The notes under the pieces: model-generated
What the model was told of the DNA's origin: nothing
The model's input: the letters and a program-made list of their open reading frames with translations, nothing else
The model's database searches: none
Assembly: GCA_034440375.1 (NCBI GenBank)
Contig: JAWXBZ010000152.1
Span: 1 to 40,364 of the forward strand
Length of the DNA stretch: 40,364 nucleotides
Source of the DNA: Candidatus Eiseniibacteriota bacterium
GTDB lineage: Bacteria; Eisenbacteria; RBG-16-71-46; JABDJR01; JAWXBZ01
Direction: 5' to 3'
In this document: positions 34,943 to 40,364 of the stretch, one piece after another
Layout of the letters: every line of letters begins with the position of its first letter
Position numbering within the stretch: position 1 is the first letter of the stretch
Made by a program: the position numbers and the translations under genes

Positions 34943-35650
34943 CTACTTCTTCGCCCCCGCCTTGACCACCATCGCCACGTAACCGGCCGGGTCGGCATTC
35001 AGCTTGTCGACGCATCCCTTGCAGCAGAGGCGGACGAGACGGCCGGCCACGACCATGTCGATGGGGTCGCCCATGCCGCCGAGCGGTTCGCCGGAGACGA
35101 CGCACTCCTTGGTCGGGTAGGACGCCTTCTGGGCCTTGATGATGGCGTCGTCGATGGACTTCATCGTGGCTGCTGGATCCTTCTCGAGTGTGCCGACACA
35201 GGTCTTGCAGCAGAGGCGGATGAGTCGATTGCCCACGACCATGTCGATCGGATCGCCCATGGAGCCAAGCTCCTCATCGGACACCACGCATGTCTTCGTG
35301 GGATAGAGGGGGCGCAGAACCTCGATCATCGCCTTGTCGATCTTTCCCGTGTACTTGTCCGGCGAGGCCTCGAACGTCTTCCGATTGGCTTCGGTGGCGA
35401 AGCGATATTCGCGATCCTTGATGATGGCCACGACCGGCTTGGCCGGCAGGGCCAGTCCGGTCACGGCGTCCGTCGTCAGAAAGTAGGGCGCGCTGGCGGG
35501 GGGCTTGCCGGCCACCTTGGGTACGGCTCCGGCTTTTTCCTTGTCGGCGCGGGCAATTCCAAGCGAGGCACCGACGAGCAGAACGGTTACGACTCCCAGC
35601 GTCAGAACCCGTGTCATCGGGCGCGCGGTTCTTGAAAGAAGGCTGATCAT
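34943..35650 (-). CDS. Exported YHS/TRASH-type metal-binding protein, last gene of the cus-like operon
   Basis: Signal peptide, a Cys-less YHS-like domain, then two copies of 'CVVS.E.LG.MGDP...RLCCK.C'. ATGA overlap with cusA. Confidence 0.82.
   Translation of the reverse strand: MISLLSRTARPMTRVLTLGVVTVLLVGASLGIARADKEKAGAVPKVAGKPPASAPYFLTTDAVTGLALPAKPVVAIIKDREYRFATEANRKTFEASPDKYTGKIDKAMIEVLRPLYPTKTCVVSDEELGSMGDPIDMVVGNRLIRLCCKTCVGTLEKDPAATMKSIDDAIIKAQKASYPTKECVVSGEPLGGMGDPIDMVVAGRLVRLCCKGCVDKLNADPAGYVAMVVKAGAKK
34985..35305 (-). repeat. Intragenic duplication (two 135-bp copies, 186-bp period)
   Basis: YPTKTCVVSDEELGSMGDPIDMVVGNRLIRLCCKTCVGTLEKDPA (35171-35305) versus YPTKECVVSGEPLGGMGDPIDMVVAGRLVRLCCKGCVDKLNADPA (34985-35119). 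Confidence 0.9.
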
Positions 35651-38600
35651 GATTCGATCCTCTCGGTTGGAGTGGGGTCAGGTTGGCGACCGGAAGAGTA
35701 CCCCAGGTGGCGGCACTCGGTTCGAAGTTTCCAGAGTTTGTAGGCTGCCGGATAGATCAACAATTCGGCCAAAAACGACGTGATGAGGCCACCGATCATC
35801 GGTGCGGCGATGCGCTTCATGACATCCGCGCCGGCCGATGTTGACCACATGATGGGTAGAAGGCCGATGAAGGCGGCGGCCACGGTCATCATCTTGGGCC
35901 GGGCGCGGAGAACCGCCCCGTGCCAGATCGCGTCATCCACCTCGGCGATCGAGTTGAGCCGCCCTTTTTCCCTTGCCTCCTTCCATGACAGGTCGAGAAA
36001 GAGAAGCATGAAGACGGCTGTCTCGGCGTCCAGCCCGAGCAGCGCGATCATGCCGACCCAGGCGGCGATCGATACGTTGTAATCGAGCAGGTGAAAGAGC
36101 CAGATGGCCCCGATGGCCGAGAAGGGCACGGCCACCAGGATGAGCCCGGTCTTGAACATCGATCGGGTGTTGAGATAGAGGAGCCCGGCGATCAGGAGCA
36201 GGGTGATCGGAACGATCAGTCGCAACCGGTCGCCCACCCGCTGCATGTTTTCGTACTGGCCGCTCCACTGGATCGAGTAGCCGGCCGGCAGCTCGACCTG
36301 CTCGCGGACTTTCCGACGCGCCTCGTCGACGAAGCCACCGATATCGCGATCGGTCACGTCGACATACACGTAGCCGGCCAGAAAACCCGATTCGTTCCGG
36401 ATCATCGCCGGGCCGGCCACGATCCGGATCCGCGCCAGCCGGCCGAGCGGTACCTGGGGGCCACCGGGCGTCGCGACGAGGATCCGCTCAATGGCATCCG
36501 GGTCCTGTCGCAGCTCACGCGGGTAGCGGACGTTGACCGGGTAGCGGGCGCGACCATCGAGAACGGTCGTCACGTTTTCGCCGCCGAGCGCTCCCATGAT
36601 GGTCATCTGGAGCGCTTCAATCGTCAGGCCGTGACGGGCCAGCGCCTCACGGTCCGGTTCGATGTCGAGAAACCAGCCGCCGGCCGCCCGTTCGGCGAAG
36701 ACACTGCGGGCGCCCGGGATGTCCCGCACCACGGCTTCGATCCGGCTGCCGATCGATTCGATGATGGCGAGGTCGGATCCGAAGACCTTGATGCCGACCG
36801 GCGTACGGACACCGGTCGACAGCATGTCGATACGGGCCTTGATCGGCATCGTCCAGGCGTTGGTGACGCCCGGGAAGCGGAGGGCCTGATCCATCTCGCT
36901 GATCAGATCCTCCCGGCCGATCCGGTCGGGCCAGATGGGGCGAACGAAACCGGCAAGCCAGTCCGGGAGGCGGCCGGTGTACCAGCGTTTTTGGGGCCGC
37001 CACTCGTCCCGCGGCTTCAGGACGATGGTCGTCTCGATCATGGAAAGCGGAGCGGGGTCGGTCGAAGTGTCGGCGCGGCCTGCTTTTCCGTGGACACTGA
37101 CCACCTCGGGAAATGACTTGATGATCTGATCCTGCCGCACCATCAACTGCTCGGCTTCGGCGATCGAGATGCCGGGGAGCGTCGTCGGCATGTACAGGAG
37201 TGTCCCCTCGTCCAGCGGCGGCATGAATTCCTGCCCCAGCCGGGCGTACAGGGGGAGGCTGGCGATGAGGAGCAACAGAGCCGCCCCGATGACCATGCGC
37301 GGGTGGCGCAACGTAAATCGACAGATCGGGCCATACACCCGGTGAATGGCGCGGCTGATCGGATGCTTCTCCTCGGCGTGGTAGGTGCCGACGAAGAGGG
37401 CCGTGGCGAATTTTGCCAGGAGGCGCGGCCGAAATGTGAACGGGTCCATGCGGGTGAAGAGCATCCGCAGGGCCGGGTCGAGCGTGATCGCGAGCAGTGC
37501 CGCCAGGGCCATGGCCAGATTTTTCGACCAGGCCAGCGGGTGGAACAGCCGCCCTTCCTGCCCCGTCAGCGCAAAGATCGGCAGGAACGACACCGAGACG
37601 ACCAGGAGCGAGAAGAAGACCGACGGCCCGACCTCCTGAAGGGCCTTCAATCGCACCTCGTGGTAATCGCCGATGCGGCCGCCGGCCTGCCATTGATGCA
37701 ATCGATTATAGGCATTCTCGACCTCGACGATGGCGCCGTCCACCAGGATGCCGATGGAGATGGCGATCCCGGCCAACGACATGATGTTGATGGTCACGCC
37801 GAAGTAGTAAAGCGGGATGAACGCCAGCAGCACCGAAATGGGGATCGTCAGGATCGGCACGATGGCCGAGGGGATGTGCCACAGGAACAGCAGGATGACC
37901 AGTGAAACGACGATCATTTCGATGGTCAACTCGTGCTTCAGGGTTTCGATGGCCCGCTCGATCAGATCGGAGCGATCGTAGGTGGTGACGAGACGCACGC
38001 CCTTCGGCAGCGATGGCTCGAGGTCATGCAGACGGGCCCGTACCCGTTCGATGACGTTCAGCGCGTTCTCACCGTGACGCACGATCACGATGCCGCCGAC
38101 ATGATCGCCGGTGCCGTCGAAATCGCCGACGCCGCGGCGAATTTCCGGCCCGAGCGCCACCTGCGCCACCTGACCGAGCCGCACCGGGATTCCGCCCGGC
38201 GACGCCTTGAGGACGATCGCTTCGAAATCGGCCGGCGTCCTGGCATATCCGCGGCCGCGCACCATCAACTCGGCACCGCTGATTTCGATGAGCCGTCCAC
38301 CGATCTCGCTGTTGGAGGCCCGGACCGCCTCAGCCACCTCGCCGATGGTGATGCCGTGGGCCAGGAGCCGACCCGGATCGACGGTCACCTGGTATTGCCG
38401 CTCGAATCCGCCAAAGCTGGCCACCTCGGCCACGCCCGGCACCGATTGGAGGGCGTAACGGAGGGTCCAGTCCTGAAAGCTTCTCAGTTCATCCAGGCGG
38501 TGACTGTTCGAATCGTCGACCAGCGCGTATTGAAAGACCCAGCCGGTGCCCGAGGCATCCGGCCCCAGTTCGGTCCGCACGCCTTCTGGCAGGCGTGGCG

Positions 38601-38949
38601 TGATCTTGGAGAGATATTCGAGCACGCGCGAGCGGGCCCAGTAGATGTCGGTACCGTCTTCAAAAATGACATACACGAATGAATAGCCGAAATCGCTGAA
38701 TCCGCGGACGGCCTTTACCTTCGGGACGCCGAGAAGCGTGGAAACGATCGGGTAGGTGACCTGGTCTTCGAGGATGTCCGGGGATCGATCCCACCGGGAA
38801 TAGACAATGACCTGCGTGTCGGAGAGATCCGGCAGTGCGTCCAGCCGAATGCGCTGCAGGAGCTGGCCGGCAAAGATGCAGGCCAGGGCCACACTGAGCA
38901 GGACCAGGGCCCGGTTTCGGCCTGAGAAGGCGATGATCCGTTCGATCAT
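35647..38949 (-). CDS. cusA: Cu(I)/Ag(I) heavy-metal efflux RND transporter
   Basis: 1100 aa; 'LDALPDLSDTQVI', 'EDQVTYP', 'DIYWARSRVLEYL', 'LVDGAIVEVEN', 'EFMPPLDEG.LLYMP', 'DPAPLSMIET', 'WTMPIKARIDMLSTG', 'RPKMMT', 'MKRIAAPMIGG'. Confidence 0.95.
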   Translation of the reverse strand: MIERIIAFSGRNRALVLLSVALACIFAGQLLQRIRLDALPDLSDTQVIVYSRWDRSPDILEDQVTYPIVSTLLGVPKVKAVRGFSDFGYSFVYVIFEDGTDIYWARSRVLEYLSKITPRLPEGVRTELGPDASGTGWVFQYALVDDSNSHRLDELRSFQDWTLRYALQSVPGVAEVASFGGFERQYQVTVDPGRLLAHGITIGEVAEAVRASNSEIGGRLIEISGAELMVRGRGYARTPADFEAIVLKASPGGIPVRLGQVAQVALGPEIRRGVGDFDGTGDHVGGIVIVRHGENALNVIERVRARLHDLEPSLPKGVRLVTTYDRSDLIERAIETLKHELTIEMIVVSLVILLFLWHIPSAIVPILTIPISVLLAFIPLYYFGVTINIMSLAGIAISIGILVDGAIVEVENAYNRLHQWQAGGRIGDYHEVRLKALQEVGPSVFFSLLVVSVSFLPIFALTGQEGRLFHPLAWSKNLAMALAALLAITLDPALRMLFTRMDPFTFRPRLLAKFATALFVGTYHAEEKHPISRAIHRVYGPICRFTLRHPRMVIGAALLLLIASLPLYARLGQEFMPPLDEGTLLYMPTTLPGISIAEAEQLMVRQDQIIKSFPEVVSVHGKAGRADTSTDPAPLSMIETTIVLKPRDEWRPQKRWYTGRLPDWLAGFVRPIWPDRIGREDLISEMDQALRFPGVTNAWTMPIKARIDMLSTGVRTPVGIKVFGSDLAIIESIGSRIEAVVRDIPGARSVFAERAAGGWFLDIEPDREALARHGLTIEALQMTIMGALGGENVTTVLDGRARYPVNVRYPRELRQDPDAIERILVATPGGPQVPLGRLARIRIVAGPAMIRNESGFLAGYVYVDVTDRDIGGFVDEARRKVREQVELPAGYSIQWSGQYENMQRVGDRLRLIVPITLLLIAGLLYLNTRSMFKTGLILVAVPFSAIGAIWLFHLLDYNVSIAAWVGMIALLGLDAETAVFMLLFLDLSWKEAREKGRLNSIAEVDDAIWHGAVLRARPKMMTVAAAFIGLLPIMWSTSAGADVMKRIAAPMIGGLITSFLAELLIYPAAYKLWKLRTECRHLGYSSGRQPDPTPTERIES

Positions 38950-38952
38950 CGG

Positions 38953-40287
38953 TCAGTCCCCCTCGTGCACGTGGCCAGATGGAATGGCCTTTGCGATGGA
39001 AGCCTTCAGCCGCGATTCCGAGTCGACGAGAAAGGCGGCCTGGCTCACGACATGCTCACCCGGCGCGAGGCCGGACTTGATGATGACCATACCGTCGCTG
39101 GCGGCGCTGACGGTCACCTCGCGCGGCTCGTAGTGGTTGTCCGCGCGATGAACAAAGGCCAGCTTCCGGGTGCCGGTGTCGAGGATGGCGGATGCCGGCG
39201 CAACCAGCCCGGCCTCCGCGGACGATTCGAAGGCCATCTCGGCGTACTGGCCGGGCTTCAGTCGCCCGTCGTCATTTGAAATGGACAGGCGAACCACCAC
39301 GGCCCGCGTGGCCTCGTCGACCGCCGGCACGATCTGGGTGACGGTGGCGATGCCTTCATAGGCGGGGTCGGCGGCCAGCGTGATGTGGGCCGTATGGCCG
39401 ATCGCGACCAATGGCAGATCATTCTCGAAGACGCGGGCCTCGATCCAGACGCGCGACAGGTCACTGATCGTGTACAGCGTCATGCCCGGTTCGACCCGCT
39501 GCCCCTCCACGACGTTCTTGGCCGTGACCGTGCCCGACATGGACGAGAGGACCGGAATGCGGGCCAGTGCCTGCCGGGTGCGGACAAGATCGTCGATTGA
39601 ATTTTTCGGCAGACCGAACAGCTCGAGACGGCTCCTGGCCGAGGCAATCAGGGCCTCGAGGTTACCCCGGACCTCCGGCGGCGCATCGACGCCGACGCGG
39701 TCGAGCGCGTTCGCGGCCGACACGTATTCCTGCTGTGCGGCCAGCATCTCCGGCGATTCGATGACCAGCATCGGCTCGCCGGCCGAGACGCGGCGCCCGG
39801 TGGCGGCCACGTGAAGAAATCGAACCCAGCCGCCGGTGCGTGATTCCACGCTGCGCACCCGTGCCTCGTCGGCGGCCACGTACCCGACCGCCGTGAACGA
39901 GTGGGTCAGCCGCCCGTAATCGACCTCGGTGGTCACGATGCCGCTTCGCGCGGCCATCGTCGGGCTGATATGCACGGCGGAATGGTCGTCCAGATTTTGG
40001 GGCGGCGGCATCCCGTCCACGGTCGACGGCGCGTCGTCGTGCCCCGTCGGACCGCCGACCGGCGCACCCTCACTCCCGGGCACCGGCACCATCGCCATGT
40101 TACAGATCGGGCAATCAGCGGGGCGGTCCGACAGGTAGGTCGGGTGCATCGGGCAGTGGTACTGGATTGATGACTTCGGTTTCGAGGAGCAGCCAGTCGT
40201 AGCCACGAGGCCACGGGCAGAGAGGAGCATCAGGACGATCATCGCGACCCGCCACAGGTGGCGGCGGCCGAACGCGGGCAGCCTCAT
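38953..40287 (-). CDS. cusB: RND periplasmic adaptor subunit with heavy-metal-binding domain
   Basis: Lipobox-like 'TTGC', 'YHCPMHP......P..CPICNMAM', membrane-fusion protein motifs 'SPEM.AAQQEY', 'DLSRVWIEA.VFE', 'LKPGQYA', 'FLVDSES'. Confidence 0.9.
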   Translation of the reverse strand: MRLPAFGRRHLWRVAMIVLMLLSARGLVATTGCSSKPKSSIQYHCPMHPTYLSDRPADCPICNMAMVPVPGSEGAPVGGPTGHDDAPSTVDGMPPPQNLDDHSAVHISPTMAARSGIVTTEVDYGRLTHSFTAVGYVAADEARVRSVESRTGGWVRFLHVAATGRRVSAGEPMLVIESPEMLAAQQEYVSAANALDRVGVDAPPEVRGNLEALIASARSRLELFGLPKNSIDDLVRTRQALARIPVLSSMSGTVTAKNVVEGQRVEPGMTLYTISDLSRVWIEARVFENDLPLVAIGHTAHITLAADPAYEGIATVTQIVPAVDEATRAVVVRLSISNDDGRLKPGQYAEMAFESSAEAGLVAPASAILDTGTRKLAFVHRADNHYEPREVTVSAASDGMVIIKSGLAPGEHVVSQAAFLVDSESRLKASIAKAIPSGHVHEGD

Positions 40288-40364
40288 CGGGAGCCTCCAT
40301 TTGAGTTGTCGCCGGCATTCACCGGGACCACGGGATGAATGAGTGCGTCGAGCATCGCCGCGAG
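40284..40364 (-). CDS. C-terminal fragment of the upstream gene (probably a TolC/CusC outer-membrane factor)
   Basis: Open frame LAAMLDALIHPVVPVNAGDNSNGGSR*, with its TGA overlapping the cusB ATG (ATGA). Identity is inferred only from operon position. Confidence 0.5.
   Translation of the reverse strand, partial: LAAMLDALIHPVVPVNAGDNSNGGSR

Overview
High-GC bacterial chromosomal window with about 30 real CDS. I see no rRNA, tRNA, CRISPR array, transposase or integrase. From left to right it holds: the 3' end of an ABC exporter operon plus an Eis-like acetyltransferase; a YbjT-like SDR; a rhodanese-MBL fusion; ispH; a TPR protein; rpmB and recG with an MJ0042-type zinc-ribbon protein; a PAS kinase/sigma54-activator pair followed by an XRE-cupin gene and a beta-helix lipoprotein; an orphan MglA-family GTPase with a long tail; uppP; a PDZ-membrane-PP2C phosphatase; a lipid-linked glycosylation cluster (GT2 plus two GT-C enzymes); a degenerate GT2-TPR protein; an NhaP2-like antiporter; a second PAS kinase/sigma54-activator pair; a ferritin-like protein; and a Cus-type heavy-metal RND efflux operon cut by the right edge. 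Protein styles suggest an FCB-related candidate lineage such as Eisenbacteria, Krumholzibacteria or Gemmatimonadota (inference only). The most notable observations: (1) an unannotated 17-codon hydrophobic ORF (19452-19505, minus) with a strong SD, preceded by what looks like a full sigma54 promoter architecture; (2) a second sigma54 promoter with paired 17-bp enhancer-like sites overlapping the activator's own stop codon; (3) an orphan MglA with a probable membrane-targeting helix and a C-terminal domain; (4) an NhaP2 homologue whose ion-binding ND motif is replaced by alanines; (5) a pseudo-glycosyltransferase-TPR protein; (6) a recurrent leaderless-gene signature. Functional assignments rest on motif recognition by eye; no searches were run.
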